From the NCBI GenBank assembly GCA_963772715.1, contig CAVYYM010000029.1, positions 306,063 through 370,062 on the forward strand: 64,000 nt of DNA. The letters are read 5' to 3'. Position 1 is the first letter of the stretch. Every line of letters begins with the position of its first letter. Under the pieces are notes generated by a model that did no database searches, was not told the origin of the DNA, and saw nothing but the letters and a program-made list of their open reading frames with translations. The position numbers and the translations under genes are program-made. Below, in pieces: positions 20,349 to 32,113 of this stretch. Source of the DNA: an uncultured Bacteroidota bacterium. Lineage in GTDB: Bacteria; Bacteroidota; Bacteroidia; Bacteroidales; VadinHA17.

Positions 20349-23288
20349 ATGGAAAAAGAGCGCTTTTATTCACGTCTCGATGCCCTTGCAGAAACACTGG
20401 AGGGAGATCTCAGGCATGACAAGACAACCAGAACAATCTATTCGACGGATGCCTCGGCATACAAGGAAGAGCCTCTTGCGGTCATCTGGCCAAAGAACGT
20501 CCTGGATATTAAGAAGATAATTGCATTTGCAAGGGAGGAGAAAACCAGCATAACCATGAGGGCAGCGGGAACATCGCTGGCAGGACAGGTTGTAAGCGCA
20601 GGTATTATTGTCGACATCTCGAGATATATGAAAAAGATCATCGAGGTGAACAAGGAAGAGATGTGGGTAAAGGCAGAGCCGGGAGTGGTGCTGGACGAAC
20701 TGAACATGCACCTGAAAAAATACGGACTCTTCTTTGGTCCTGAAACTTCCACATCGAACAGATGCAATATCGGCGGAATGGTCGGCAACAATGCATGCGG
20801 ATCACATTCGATAATTTATGGTTCGACAAGGGATCATTTGATTGAGTTGAAGACTATCCTGAGCGACGGCAGCGAAGCAGTCTTCAAAGACATCGGCAGG
20901 GAAGCTTACGATAAGAAGTGCAGCCAGGATGACCTCGAAGGAAGGATTTACCGGCTGACAAAGGAAATGCTGGCTGATCAGACCAACAGGAAAAAGATCA
21001 GGGAAGATTACCCTGATCCGTCGATACCAAGAAGAAATACCGGTTACGCACTTGACCTCCTTGCAGACTCTGAAGTATTTGAGGATTCAGGTGAGAGAAA
21101 GTTCAACTTCTGCAACATACTTGCAGGTTCAGAGGGCACCCTTGCGATAACAACAGAAATAAAGCTTAACCTCGTAAAGCTGCCGCCGCCTGAAAAAGCT
21201 CTTGTATGTGTACACCTGAAAAAGAGGAATGAGGCATTTCTTGCCAATCTTATTGCCCTGAAATATAATCCGTCAGCCGTTGAGATGATGGACGACAGGA
21301 TCCTCAGGCTGACTGAAAACAATCTGAGCCAGAAAAAGAACAGGTTCTTTCTCGAAGGTGAACCTGAATCGATAGTGATCGTGGAATTTGCAAAGGATGA
21401 CTCCGGAGAACTGGATACCGTGATCAGGGCAATGGTAAATGAATTAAAATCAGCAGGATACGGGTATGCCTTCCCTGTCGTAACGGGTAAAGATATAACC
21501 AGGGTCTGGGACCTCCGCAAGGCAGGCCTGGGAGTTCTCACCAACATGAAGGGGGATCCCAAGCCAGTATCGCTTATCGAGGATACTGCAATAAATGTCA
21601 GACAGATGCCTGAATACATTGCAGATTTCGAAAAGATGCTTTCATCATATGGCAAGGAAGTGGTTTACCATGCTCACATCGGCACCGGAGAACTTCATAT
21701 CAGGCCTATCCTGAATCTTAAGGATCCTTCAGATGTCGAGCTTTTCAGGACTATAGGATTGGAAACTGCCAGACTGGTCAAAAAGTACAGGGGATCCATG
21801 AGCGGCGAACATGGAGATGGAAGGCTGAGGGGAGAATTCATACCCATCATAATCGGGGAGCATAATTACAACCTGCTGAAAGAGGTAAAGAAGACCTGGG
21901 ATCCGGGTAATATTCTGAATCCGGGAAAGATAACGGACACACCCCGGATGAATACTCACCTGAGGTATGAACCCGGGATCAAAACACCGGATATCGAAAC
22001 TATCTATGATTTTTCATCCTCGGATGGAATTATCCGGGCAGCTGAAAGATGCAACGGTTCGGGAGATTGCAGGAAAACCAATATTATAGGGGGAACCATG
22101 TGCCCCACTTTCATGGCAACCGGCGATGAGCAGCTGTGCACAAGGGCGAGAGCAAACATCCTGAGGGAGTTTCTCAGCGCTGATGAAAACAATCCATGGA
22201 ACCACAGGGAGATATACGATGTACTGGACCTCTGTATAGCCTGCAAGGGCTGCAAAGCTGAATGTCCTTCAGGCGTCGATATCGCAAAACTTAAATCGGA
22301 ATTCCTTCAGCACTGGTACGACAAGCACGGAATTCCATTGAGGACAAGATTAATAGCTTATATTTCCACAATTGACAGAATCGGATCAGTTGCTCCATCA
22401 ATCTTTAATTTCTTTGCAAGCAACCAGGCATTATCGTCGCTGATAAAAAAAGCAACAGGCTTTGCAGAAAACAGATCCATACCATTATTATATAAGGTAA
22501 CTCTAAGGAAGTGGATAAGAAAGAATCTTGCTTCCCTGAATCCAGCAGATCCCAAAGGAAAGATTTGCCTCTTTATAGACGAATTCACGAATTTCAATGA
22601 CACCGCAACCGGTATTGCGGCTATCAAACTCCTTACTTCTCTTGGCTACAGTATCAGGACTGTCAATCATTCAGAGAGTGCAAGGACTTTCATTTCGAAA
22701 GGTATGATAAGAAAAGCGAGGAAGGTGATCAGGAAGAATATAGAAGTTCTCGGGAAGATAATAAGTGAGGAATTGCCCCTGGTGGGAATAGAACCATCGG
22801 CAATACTAGGGTTCAGGGACGAATACCCTGAACTTGCCGGAGATGACATGAAGGAAACAGCTGAGAAGATTGCTGCAAACGCCTGGTTTATAGATGAATT
22901 CATAGAACACGAATATGAGGCTGGAAGAATACATGCAGGGGTATTCGCAGACACTAAGGCTGACATTTTGCTTCATGCGCACTGCCAGCAGAAGGCAATC
23001 TGCTCATCAGGCTGCACGATGAAAATTCTTTCAATTCCTCCCAACCATTCAGTAAGGGAAATCCCGTCAGGGTGCTGCGGCATGGCAGGTTCATTCGGTT
23101 ATGAAAAGGAACATTATGACCTTTCGAATAAAATCGGTGAAATGATCCTGTTCCCTGAAATAAGGGAAGCAGGTGTGAATACAATTATTGCAGCACCGGG
23201 AACAAGTTGCAGGCATCATATAAAAGACGGTACGGGAAGGATAGCGAAACACCCGGTTGAGATATTGTATCAGGCATTAAAGAAATGA
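20349..23288 (+). CDS. FAD-binding / Fe-S oxidoreductase (YdiJ/GlcD-GlcF fusion type)
   Basis: GTSLAGQ, GSEGTL, GEHGDG, CNGSGDC, CIACKGC...CP and CCGMAGSFG motifs. Confidence 0.9.
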   Translation: MEKERFYSRLDALAETLEGDLRHDKTTRTIYSTDASAYKEEPLAVIWPKNVLDIKKIIAFAREEKTSITMRAAGTSLAGQVVSAGIIVDISRYMKKIIEVNKEEMWVKAEPGVVLDELNMHLKKYGLFFGPETSTSNRCNIGGMVGNNACGSHSIIYGSTRDHLIELKTILSDGSEAVFKDIGREAYDKKCSQDDLEGRIYRLTKEMLADQTNRKKIREDYPDPSIPRRNTGYALDLLADSEVFEDSGERKFNFCNILAGSEGTLAITTEIKLNLVKLPPPEKALVCVHLKKRNEAFLANLIALKYNPSAVEMMDDRILRLTENNLSQKKNRFFLEGEPESIVIVEFAKDDSGELDTVIRAMVNELKSAGYGYAFPVVTGKDITRVWDLRKAGLGVLTNMKGDPKPVSLIEDTAINVRQMPEYIADFEKMLSSYGKEVVYHAHIGTGELHIRPILNLKDPSDVELFRTIGLETARLVKKYRGSMSGEHGDGRLRGEFIPIIIGEHNYNLLKEVKKTWDPGNILNPGKITDTPRMNTHLRYEPGIKTPDIETIYDFSSSDGIIRAAERCNGSGDCRKTNIIGGTMCPTFMATGDEQLCTRARANILREFLSADENNPWNHREIYDVLDLCIACKGCKAECPSGVDIAKLKSEFLQHWYDKHGIPLRTRLIAYISTIDRIGSVAPSIFNFFASNQALSSLIKKATGFAENRSIPLLYKVTLRKWIRKNLASLNPADPKGKICLFIDEFTNFNDTATGIAAIKLLTSLGYSIRTVNHSESARTFISKGMIRKARKVIRKNIEVLGKIISEELPLVGIEPSAILGFRDEYPELAGDDMKETAEKIAANAWFIDEFIEHEYEAGRIHAGVFADTKADILLHAHCQQKAICSSGCTMKILSIPPNHSVREIPSGCCGMAGSFGYEKEHYDLSNKIGEMILFPEIREAGVNTIIAAPGTSCRHHIKDGTGRIAKHPVEILYQALKK

Positions 23289-23291
23289 AAA

Positions 23292-23333
23292 GGATTGCGT
23301 CGTCTCCGCTATTCTGCGGATCCTCGCAATGAC
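23292..23333. repeat. REP-like palindromic element (GATTGC...CTCGCAATGAC type)
   Basis: ggattgcgtcgtctccgctattctgcggatcctcgcaatgac between convergent stops; resembles a widespread REP-like family. Single copy here. Confidence 0.55.
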
Positions 23334-23336
23334 GGA

Positions 23337-24104
23337 TTACACTTGAATTGTGAATTTATCTGCATCCAGATGAGCGGGGAATTTTTTACGGAAATCCTTA
23401 AGATCTGTAAGTGACAGAACTGCGGTAACCGAGCATTCACTATTCTTTCCGGCAGATGCCAGCTCCTCTCCTTTCGGGCCTATTATCATTGAATCGCCGC
23501 AATATTTGATACCCGCACCGTCAGTTCCTATGCGGTTGGCGCCGGCGACGAAGCTGAGATTTTCTATTGCCCTGGCTTTCAGAAGTGTTATCCAGACATC
23601 GCGGCGTGCCATGGGCCAGTTAGCTGAATTGATAAGCAAGTCATAGTCATTTCTGTTCCTGCTCCAGACCGGGAACCTGAGATCGTAACAAATGTTAGGG
23701 CTGATACTGAATCCCCTGAATTTGAATACAAGGCGTTTTTCACCCGCGGTGAAATTGTTCTCAACATTATTCATTCTGAACAGGTGCCGCTTATCGTAAT
23801 ACCATGACCTATTATTCGGGGAGACAAAAACCCATCTGTTGAAATAGTTATCTCCCACCCTGACTATATAGCTGCCGCAAATACCAGAGGAGCTCTTCTC
23901 CGCGATATGGATCATCCAGTTGAAAGTTTCACCGCGTGCAGGTTCGCTCAGGCTTTCAGAACTGGAAGTAAAACCTGTGGAGAACATTTCAGGAAGTATG
24001 ATGATATCTGGATTGTCGAGCTGGGATATCATTCGTTCATATTTCCGGAAATTCTGAGATTTATTTTCCCAGGTGATATCAGGTTGAAGAATTGATACTC
24101 TCAT
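23337..24104 (-). CDS. Carbon-nitrogen hydrolase (omega-amidase, YafV-like)
   Basis: LPEMF, YDKRHLF and ICYDLRFP triad; ARAIEN. Confidence 0.9.
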   Translation of the reverse strand: MRVSILQPDITWENKSQNFRKYERMISQLDNPDIIILPEMFSTGFTSSSESLSEPARGETFNWMIHIAEKSSSGICGSYIVRVGDNYFNRWVFVSPNNRSWYYDKRHLFRMNNVENNFTAGEKRLVFKFRGFSISPNICYDLRFPVWSRNRNDYDLLINSANWPMARRDVWITLLKARAIENLSFVAGANRIGTDGAGIKYCGDSMIIGPKGEELASAGKNSECSVTAVLSLTDLKDFRKKFPAHLDADKFTIQV

Positions 24105-24136
24105 TTTTTATGAAATTGGATCAATAATTTAAGAGT

Positions 24137-24170
24137 AAAAAAAAGCACAGGCAAGCTTGCCTGTACTTTT
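24137..24170 (-). terminator. Intrinsic terminator
   Basis: A-run, then gcacaggcaa-gc-ttgcctgtac, then tttt; downstream of the 24195 gene. Confidence 0.6.
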
Positions 24171-24194
24171 ATAAATCATAACCTTATTGCTATA

Positions 24195-25362
24195 TTATTT
24201 CTTTTCCAGGGATGTATAGTAATCATCGAATATGCCTTCGATGAGTGGTTTATAATATACCCAGAAGAATCTCCGCAGGTCATCCGGCTTCTTGGAATAG
24301 AGTAATCCCTTCATTTTCTCGACACTCTTGAAATGTGATGTCCAGTATGGAATATTCGTATGGCAGAAATCGCCTGAGAAGTAGAATGTTCTTTGAGATA
24401 CGGAATCTGTAATAACTGCAGGGAATTCGCTTGTAAGTCCGTATTTTGCCAGAAGAGTATCGGCTATCGGCGTTGTTTGCAAGCTTGAATTTGGAAATGA
24501 CAGTGTTTTGCATAGGGTCGATGATATCGAACCACTGGTCGAAAGATACAGATTCTGCCAGACCCCATTTTTCGACATATGCCGGAGTGGATACTATGGC
24601 GGGCAGAGCCTTGTCAAGCATAGGTCCTTCTTCCAATACGATTATGGCTTTGTCTTTAAGAAGCACAATTCCAGGTTTTGTAAAAGTCCATGGTTCCTTA
24701 TATTGTTTCCTGTACATTGCTGTCATCCACAATGGGAAATCCTCATTACGTTTTTTTGCTGTATCAAGGGATTCGAAATATTTGCCTGTCCAGCCTGACC
24801 ATTTGATTCCGAGCCTGTCCTGGAGTCTGAATGATTCATATTCACCTGTCGGCCAGTCGAATGTGTTATACTCAAGGATGACAAGCTTGTTCTTGTTTTT
24901 CATCTCCTGGATTAGATTGTTATCATTGCCGTTTAATGCGCCCTCGAGTTTACGTGTTCGTCTGGGTGGACTGAATGTAGGGAACCAGTCGGCGATGAAA
25001 ACTCCATAGGTATCGGTAAAATAAACTGCATCATTGTTTTCAGGAAGAATCCTGATTGCCTCTTCAAGATTATATCTGACATTATTCCATTGTTTTTCCT
25101 TGAGAGGCCTCATGGGATAGAAGCCAAAATAATCTTTCCTGTACGAATAACTTGTGTTCTTCTCCTTTTTGACATATCTGTTATTCGTCATAATCCAGTT
25201 AAAAGACTTGTGCTTATCGCGATCAAGGGAAGGAACTGTCTTATCGACAATAACCAGGCCTATGGGTTTTTTGGCCTCGAAGGTCCAGCGGAGGAGATTT
25301 ATTACCGGCAGGGCAAGTAATACCGCGAGGATAATAACAATAATTAGCAGGGCTTTTTTCAT
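24195..25362 (-). CDS. Hypothetical membrane-anchored protein, one frameshift near 24480
   Basis: N-terminal TM anchor; ORFs 24280-25362 and 24195-24578 join into a coherent protein ending FWVYYKPLIEGIF. Confidence 0.7.
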
Positions 25363-25514
25363 AACTGAATTAATATCTGAAAGTATTCAAATACAATAAA
25401 CACCTTAAAAATTATCTCAATATGTCTATTTTAATTGTTAAAAGTATTAATTAATTTTTTGTAATGAAAATAAAATCGTAGCAATTTAGTAAAAAATATT
25501 CAACATAAAAACTC

Positions 25515-27223
25515 TCAGTACCCGCATGCTGAGTTATCCCCGCGTCTGTCGGCTGCACCTGCAAGCCTGCCATCCTGTCAAAATGCCGACAGCATTCACC
25601 CTGCCAAGAGCCCCTGTCTGACGCATTTCATGTCCCATAAGTTTCAAGGCAGCCATCTCTGTTGAATCGATGCTGTTTCTCTCGTAACTGATAAAGTCGG
25701 GCAGCCATTGATGATGAAACCTCCCAGTATCAACGGCCTGCCATATATTCATATTGTAATCAACAACATTTATTACTACCTGTAAAACTGTTGTCGGAAT
25801 AGTCGATCCGCCAGGTGAACCGGCGACAAGGAGAAGTTTTCCGTCTTTTTCGATTATAACCGGAGTCATGGAGCTCAGCATCCGCTTGCCGGGTTCAATC
25901 GCATTTGCGTCCGATCCGGTAAGCCCGAACATATTCGGGAAACCAGGTTTGACAGAAAAATCATCCATCTCATTGTTCAGCAGGAATCCGGCGCCGGCGA
26001 CAACAATGCTGCTGCCATAACCACCATTGAGAGTGGTAGTTGCGGATACAGCATTGCCTTCCCTGTCGACCACCGAATAATGCGTCGTCTCCGTCTTTTC
26101 ATAATTCCGGGGCAGACCAGCAGCAATTTCTGAAGAGAGCGAAGCTTTCTTTTCATCGAAATCCGAGATTCTGCCAGCCAGGTATTCACTGTTAAGGAGT
26201 CCGGCAACAGGCACATTCACAAAATCAGCATCTCCTGCGTACTCAGCCCTGTCGGCAAATGCTCTTCTCTCTGCTTCAGTAATAAGGTGTACCATTTCAG
26301 AGGAATGAAATTCAAATTCATTCAGAGGAAAGCTTTCGACCATTTCAAGGATCTGAAGCAGTATTATTCCGCCTGCAGACGGAGGCGGGCATGTCACAAT
26401 CCTGTAATTCCTGTATATGGAGGACAATGGTTTCCTGAACTCCGAGCTGTACTGCCCGAGATCGTCGGCTGAAATAATCCCGCCGCCTCTTTTCATTTCT
26501 TTTACAATAAGCTCTGCCGTTTTGCCGGAATAAAATCCTGCACGGCCATGTTTGCTGAATCCTTTCAAGGGTTTCTGCCAGCTCGGGTTGTCTGAGTGTG
26601 TCACCGGCCTTCCATCCTGACTCTTTGATAAAGGCGCATCCTGAAGGATTCCTGCTCAGGAAGACCTTTGAATTCCAGTTCATGCCCTGTGCCTGTTCGG
26701 GTGTAAGGATGAAGCCGTTCCTTGCGAGATCGATGGCAGGCTGAATTATTTCCCTGAACCTGAGCCTGCCATATTTTTCATGCACCTTTATCAATCCGTC
26801 TACCGATCCCGGAACTCCAGCGGCGAGATGGGTTTCAGTGCTCAGCCTGCCAATTACATTTTCAGCACTATCAAGATACATATCCCTTGATGCTTCCAGC
26901 GGAGCCTTTTCCCTGTAGTCGATCAGATCATATTCCCCGCCGGCAGTGCGTATAAGCATGAAACCACCTCCCCCTATGTTTCCTGCTGCGGGAAAGCATA
27001 CCGCCAGTGCAAAGCCGGTAGCCACGGCGGCATCAACAGCATTCCCCCCCTGCTTAAGAATCATTGCTCCGGCCTGCGAGCCCTGGAAATGCGCAGAGAC
27101 CACCATGCCATTATCAGCCGTAATATGCTTGCCTTCTATATATTGTGCACTATCAGTCTTTGTTCCCGGATTACATGCTGCAATGATGCAGGCGAGAGAA
27201 ATGATTACAGTAATTCTTTTCAT
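25515..27223 (-). CDS. ggt: Gamma-glutamyltransferase (lipoprotein), frameshifted
   Basis: Lipobox IAAC, GGNAVDAA, DYREKAP, catalytic ETTHYS, NNEMDDF, SSMTP and GSPGG motifs. Confidence 0.9.
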
Positions 27224-27283
27224 GATTGAGAACTTCGTTTTTAATAAGCTCAAATTTAATTACTTTTACGCAAACGGGAATTT

Positions 27284-28589
27284 ATGCTGGCAAATCAACC
27301 GCTTGCGGACAGGCTGAGGCCTAAAAGCCTCGATGAGTTCTGCGGACAGGAGCATCTTGTCGGTAAGGGTGCGGTACTTCGAAAAGTTATAGAATCGGGG
27401 AATATTCCGTCATTCATTCTATGGGGTCCTCCCGGTGTCGGGAAAACAACGCTTGCGTGGATCATCTCCAACACCCTGAAGCGCCCCTTTTTTCATCTGA
27501 GTGCCGTTCATTCAGGCGTGAAGGATGTGAGAGAAACAATTGAAAAGGCAAAGAAGCAACAGTTCTTCAATCAGCCCAATCCTGTTTTATTCATCGACGA
27601 GATTCACCGTTTCAACAAATCCCAGCAGGATTCGCTGCTGAGCGCCGTGGAGCAGGGAATAATCACTCTTATCGGCGCAACGACGGAAAATCCTTCATTT
27701 GAAGTTATTTCTCCGCTCCTCTCCCGCTGCCAGGTATACACAATGAATCCACTTAGCGAGGAGCAGCTTCTGGAATTGATGAACAGGGCACTGAAAAAAG
27801 ACACTTACCTGGCAACCTACAACATCGAAATTAAGGAACATGAAGCTCTTATTCGCATCTCCGGAGGCGATGCGAGGAAGCTGTACAATGCAATTGAACT
27901 GGTTGTTTCTTCAGAAGCAGACAGAGCCGGTGGTGAAAAAATAATAATTACCAATGAGAAGGTTCTAACAATAGTGCAGAAGAACCTCGCAATGTACGAC
28001 AAGAACGGAGAGCAGCATTATGACATCATTTCAGCATTCATAAAATCGCTCAGGGGCAGTGATCCGAATGCAGCTGTTTACTGGCTTGCAAGAATGGTTG
28101 CAGGCGGCGAGGATCCAAAATTCATAGCAAGACGAATGGTGATACTTGCTGCTGAGGATATAGGCCTGGCGAATCCAAATGCGATCCTGATGGCGCAAAC
28201 ATGCTTTGAGGCAGTAAATGTGATCGGATGGCCCGAGTGCAGGATAATTCTTTCCGAGGCAGCTGTTTACCTGGCGACATCGCCGAAGAGCAATGCATCT
28301 TATATGGCAATTGAAAATGCAACAGAAGCATTAAGGGAGCACGGAGACCTGCCTGTTCCGCTTCACCTGAGAAATGCGCCAACAAAACTCATGAAGGATC
28401 TCGGATACCACAAGGGATTACAAATATGCTCACGATTTCGAGGGCAACTTCGTGAAAGACAATTATCTGCCGGAAGAGATCAGAGGAACTCAGTTTTACG
28501 ATCCGGGAAATACTCCAAAAGAGGAGGAAATAAGAAAGAGACTAAAAGATCTGTGGAAAGATATCTATGATTACTATAAGTTGCAGTAA
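27284..28589 (+). CDS. rarA: Replication-associated recombination protein A, C-terminal frameshift
   Basis: PLADRLRP, GPPGVGKTT, DEIHRF, ISAFIKSLRGSD and PLHLRNAP; C-terminus (YAHDF...) continues in another frame, so the end is approximate. Confidence 0.9.
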
Positions 28590-28719
28590 TCGAACTATCA
28601 ACTTCGGCTAGAAGGGTGCAATCATTGAGCATGTAATTCATTATCTTAGGGAGGGAGAAAAAGGGAAATTGGTACGGTATTTGAAATTAAGGAGAATATT
28701 TTGTTACCTTTACGCTTGA

Positions 28720-29553
28720 ATGAATAGAAGCCTGAAAGAAATCCCCGGTATAAAATACGGAGAGACTGATAATTTTCTTCTGATTGCAGGACCATGTGTC
28801 GTGGAGGATGAGAAGATTGTCCTGAAGATTGCAGAGCACCTTTCAGAGCTATCAGAAAAATATCATCTCCCCTTCGTTTTCAAGGCATCTTACAGAAAAG
28901 CTAACAGGTCAAAAATAGATTCGTTCTCGGGGATAGGCGATGAAAAAGCGCTGAAGATACTTGCAGGCGTGAGGGAGAAATTTTCGATACCCGTCATTAC
29001 CGATATCCATAATCCCTTTGAAGCAAACCTGGCTGCACAATATGTAGATATACTTCAGATACCAGCGTTCCTTTGCCGTCAGACGGACCTGCTTGTCGCT
29101 GCCGCAAAAACAGGCAAATGGATCAACATAAAAAAAGGGCAGTTCCTGTCGGGATCTTCGATGAGGTTTGCAGTGGAAAAAGTGAGGGATTCAGGCAATG
29201 ACAGAATAATGGTGACTGACCGGGGCAATATGTTCGGCTACCAGGATATCGTAGTTGATTTCAGGAACATACCCCTGATGCAGAAAGCTGAAGTGCCGGT
29301 AATTATGGATATAACCCATTCACTTCAGCAGCCGAACCAGGAGGCCGGAGTTTCGGGAGGCAATCCGGAAATGATCGAGACTATTGGCAAGGCCGCAATC
29401 AGCGTAGGTGCCGACGGAATTTTCATTGAAACGCATCCCGATCCTGCAAATGCAAAATCGGATGGAGCGAATATGCTGAACCTCGCAGGGATGGACAACC
29501 TTTTACACAAGCTCGTTGCAATAAGAAAAACGATAAATTCATTTGACAATTAA
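28720..29553 (+). CDS. kdsA: 3-deoxy-8-phosphooctulonate synthase
   Basis: AGPCVVE, KANRS, QIPAFLCRQTDL, NIKKGQF and SDG motifs. Confidence 0.95.
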   Translation: MNRSLKEIPGIKYGETDNFLLIAGPCVVEDEKIVLKIAEHLSELSEKYHLPFVFKASYRKANRSKIDSFSGIGDEKALKILAGVREKFSIPVITDIHNPFEANLAAQYVDILQIPAFLCRQTDLLVAAAKTGKWINIKKGQFLSGSSMRFAVEKVRDSGNDRIMVTDRGNMFGYQDIVVDFRNIPLMQKAEVPVIMDITHSLQQPNQEAGVSGGNPEMIETIGKAAISVGADGIFIETHPDPANAKSDGANMLNLAGMDNLLHKLVAIRKTINSFDN

Positions 29554-29571
29554 ACCTTAATTAAAATTTTT

Positions 29572-30276
29572 ATGAAAAAGTTATTTTTAATGCTGACATG
29601 TCTTCTGGCTGTTGCAGTAGTCAGCGCTCAATCGCTTGAGGAAATAGTGAAGAAGTATTCTGCAGCCAACAAGCTCGACAAGGTCGGCACACTTAAGACC
29701 ATCAAGATCACTGGAAATATGTCGGTGATGGGCATGGATGTTCCGATGGAGATGTGGATGAAGAATCCTGATAAGGTCAAGTCTGTTTCCAACTTCAATG
29801 GTCAGGAAATGGTTTCGGCATTTGATGGTGTAAAAGGCTATACAATCAATCCGATGATGGGTTCAACGGAACCTGTCGAGATGACTGCCGATCAGCTGAA
29901 AAACATACAGAGAAACAATATGTTCCAGAATTATCTGGAAAATTATTTAAAGAACGGACAGCTTGCCCTTGGTGGCGAGGAGTCAGTTAACGGCAGTCCT
30001 GCATATAAGATCAATGCAACATTGGATGGCGGCACGGTGGTGAACTTGTTTATTGACAAATCATCATACCTGCTTACAAAGCAATCTGTGAACATGTCAG
30101 CAGAAGGTCAGACAATGGTTATGGATTCATATCCCTCAGATTATAAGGATGTCAATGGATTGTTCATACCGATGAAAACTACCATGTCTATGATGGGACA
30201 GGAGTTTACAACGACATTTACCAAAGTGGAAATTGATGTTCCAATGGATGACAGCATATTTCAACTGAAGAAATAA
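29572..30276 (+). CDS. Secreted LolA-like / lipoprotein-sorting fold protein
   Basis: Signal peptide and beta-rich LolA-like pattern (SDYKDVNGLFIP...DDSIF). Confidence 0.7.
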   Translation: MKKLFLMLTCLLAVAVVSAQSLEEIVKKYSAANKLDKVGTLKTIKITGNMSVMGMDVPMEMWMKNPDKVKSVSNFNGQEMVSAFDGVKGYTINPMMGSTEPVEMTADQLKNIQRNNMFQNYLENYLKNGQLALGGEESVNGSPAYKINATLDGGTVVNLFIDKSSYLLTKQSVNMSAEGQTMVMDSYPSDYKDVNGLFIPMKTTMSMMGQEFTTTFTKVEIDVPMDDSIFQLKK

Positions 30277-30282
30277 TAATGA

Positions 30283-30314
30283 CCCTTCCCCCAGCCCCCA
30301 GCCCCTGGGAAGGG
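30283..30314. repeat. GC-rich hairpin containing CCCCCAG x2
   Basis: cccttccc...gggaaggg arms right after the stop codons TAA TAA TGA. Confidence 0.45.
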
Positions 30315-30333
30315 CGGTTAAGGTCCAACAAAT

Positions 30334-30361
30334 AAAAGGGACGCGATTGTGCGTCCCTTTT
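30334..30361. terminator. Bidirectional terminator downstream of rnpB
   Basis: aaaagggacgc-gattgt-gcgtccctttt. Confidence 0.75.
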
Positions 30362-30369
30362 ATATTTTG

Positions 30370-30709
30370 CAGCCAGCCTGTAAGCCGGGTTCTGTCGGGT
30401 TCCATCATTTATCTTGTCCCGTCATTGCTGACGGGATCATACGACCTACCCCCCGGCATCGGACGAGCAGCCCTTAGCGCCGGTATACATGGTCTTTCAA
30501 TCCATCGGGTGTACGGCTTCCTGCGTTGCCGCAGGAACCGGTGAGCTCTTACCTCGCCTTTTCACCCTTACCCTGACGTTTCGGCCAGGGCGGTTATTTT
30601 CTGTTACACTACCATACCCTCGCAGATATCTTCCCGTTAAGAAGCATGGTGCTCTGCATTGCCCGGACTTTCCTTCCCCGATACCGCGGGGCGATGGAAC
30701 GGCTGACTG
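30370..30709 (-). ncRNA. rnpB: RNase P RNA (type A)
   Basis: Minus strand has GGAAAGTCCGGGC (CR-I) and ACAGAACCCGGCTTA (CR-V); P1 CAGTCAGCC/GGCTGGCTG; TAATTTTG -7 element upstream (30715-30722). Confidence 0.95.
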
Positions 30710-30797
30710 TGTTGCAAAATTAAGCAAAAATGAGCTGAATTTAAAATTGGTTACTTTTGCAGGAATGTTCGCTATTCAATGAAACGTTTGAAAGTAT

Positions 30798-32015
30798 ATG
30801 AAAAAAGGATTACCCAAGATAAATATTGAAGACTATTTTTATGAACTTCCGCCGGAGAGAATAGCGCAATATCCTGTGAAGGAAAGGGACGGTTCAAAAC
30901 TGCTCCTATATAATAAAGGTAAGATCTCACACGACATATTCAGGAACATCGACGGTTATCTTAACTCAGATTCACTGGTGGTATTCAATAATACCAGGGT
31001 GATCAGGGCAAGGCTTTTATTCTGGAAAGAAACAGGGGCCGCCATCGAAATATTCTGCCTGGAGCCACTCCTTCCGTCCGATTATGAAAAATCATTCGGT
31101 TCAGTAAATCCGGTGGAATGGAAATGCATAATTGGAAACCTTAAAAAATGGAAGGGCGGGACAATTGCGTTAAAATTCTTTTTTAAAGGCAAAGAGCATG
31201 AATTGAAAGCAGAGAAGGTCAGCCCGGAAGGAGATGCGTGGCGAATCAGGTTTTCCTGGGACAATGCGGGGATGTCCTTCAGCGAAGTTATGGAAGCAGC
31301 AGGACACATCCCTCTCCCGCCTTACGTTAAAAGGGAGGATGAGAGCGAGGATAATATCCGTTATCAGACGGTATATTCCAGAATCAGGGGATCTGTTGCT
31401 GCACCGACTGCCGGACTGCATTTCACGCAGGAAGTTATTTCGGCCATTATGAAAAAGGACATAAAAAGCGCCGAGCTGACACTTCATATAGGGGCAGGCA
31501 CATTCAAACCTGTAAAGACTAATGATATTTCAAAACATGAAATGCACTGCGAGCATTTCTTCGTTACAAGGGAACTGATCAAAGAACTCCTGATACACCA
31601 GGGAAGAATAATAGCAGTGGGAACAACCAGCGTCAGAACCCTGGAGAGTCTTTACTGGCTTGGCGCCGGACTGATCAGCGATCCGGAAGAAAATGATGAT
31701 CTGACGATAGGTCAATGGCATCCATATATTAAGTCAGGCGATGTCACCCTTCAGGAATCTATGCAGGCATTGCTGAACCTGATGAAAAGGAAAGGCACCG
31801 GTTTATTGCATGGCTCAACAACGATGATGATCGTGCCCGGATACAGGTTCAGGGTCATTAACGGAATTATCACCAATTTCCATCAACCGGGAAGCACTCT
31901 TCTGCTTCTCATAGCTGCATATGCCGGCAAAGACTGGAAGCAGATCTACGATTATGCCTTAACTAACGGATTCAGGTTTCTGAGCTTCGGAGACGGTTCC
32001 CTTCTGATAGCATAG
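30798..32015 (+). CDS. queA: S-adenosylmethionine:tRNA ribosyltransferase-isomerase
   Basis: PLPPY, AAPTAGLHF, LHIGAGTF, VGTTSVRTLE and TNFHQP motifs. Confidence 0.95.
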   Translation: MKKGLPKINIEDYFYELPPERIAQYPVKERDGSKLLLYNKGKISHDIFRNIDGYLNSDSLVVFNNTRVIRARLLFWKETGAAIEIFCLEPLLPSDYEKSFGSVNPVEWKCIIGNLKKWKGGTIALKFFFKGKEHELKAEKVSPEGDAWRIRFSWDNAGMSFSEVMEAAGHIPLPPYVKREDESEDNIRYQTVYSRIRGSVAAPTAGLHFTQEVISAIMKKDIKSAELTLHIGAGTFKPVKTNDISKHEMHCEHFFVTRELIKELLIHQGRIIAVGTTSVRTLESLYWLGAGLISDPEENDDLTIGQWHPYIKSGDVTLQESMQALLNLMKRKGTGLLHGSTTMMIVPGYRFRVINGIITNFHQPGSTLLLLIAAYAGKDWKQIYDYALTNGFRFLSFGDGSLLIA

Positions 32016-32113
32016 CCTTGACGGGGATATTTCATTCACTGGTCAATAAGTACCTTCATAACCTTTGAAATTATGTTGAATTTTATTTTATTTGCCATCA
32101 AACCTGTCAAGCC

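Noticed and set aside
30347-30782. Small ORFs on both strands
   Set aside because: They overlap the RNase P RNA gene.
32051-32081. dif-like site TACCTTCATAA-N9-TTATGTTGAAT
   Set aside because: The spacer is 9 bp rather than the 6 bp typical of a chromosomal dif site.
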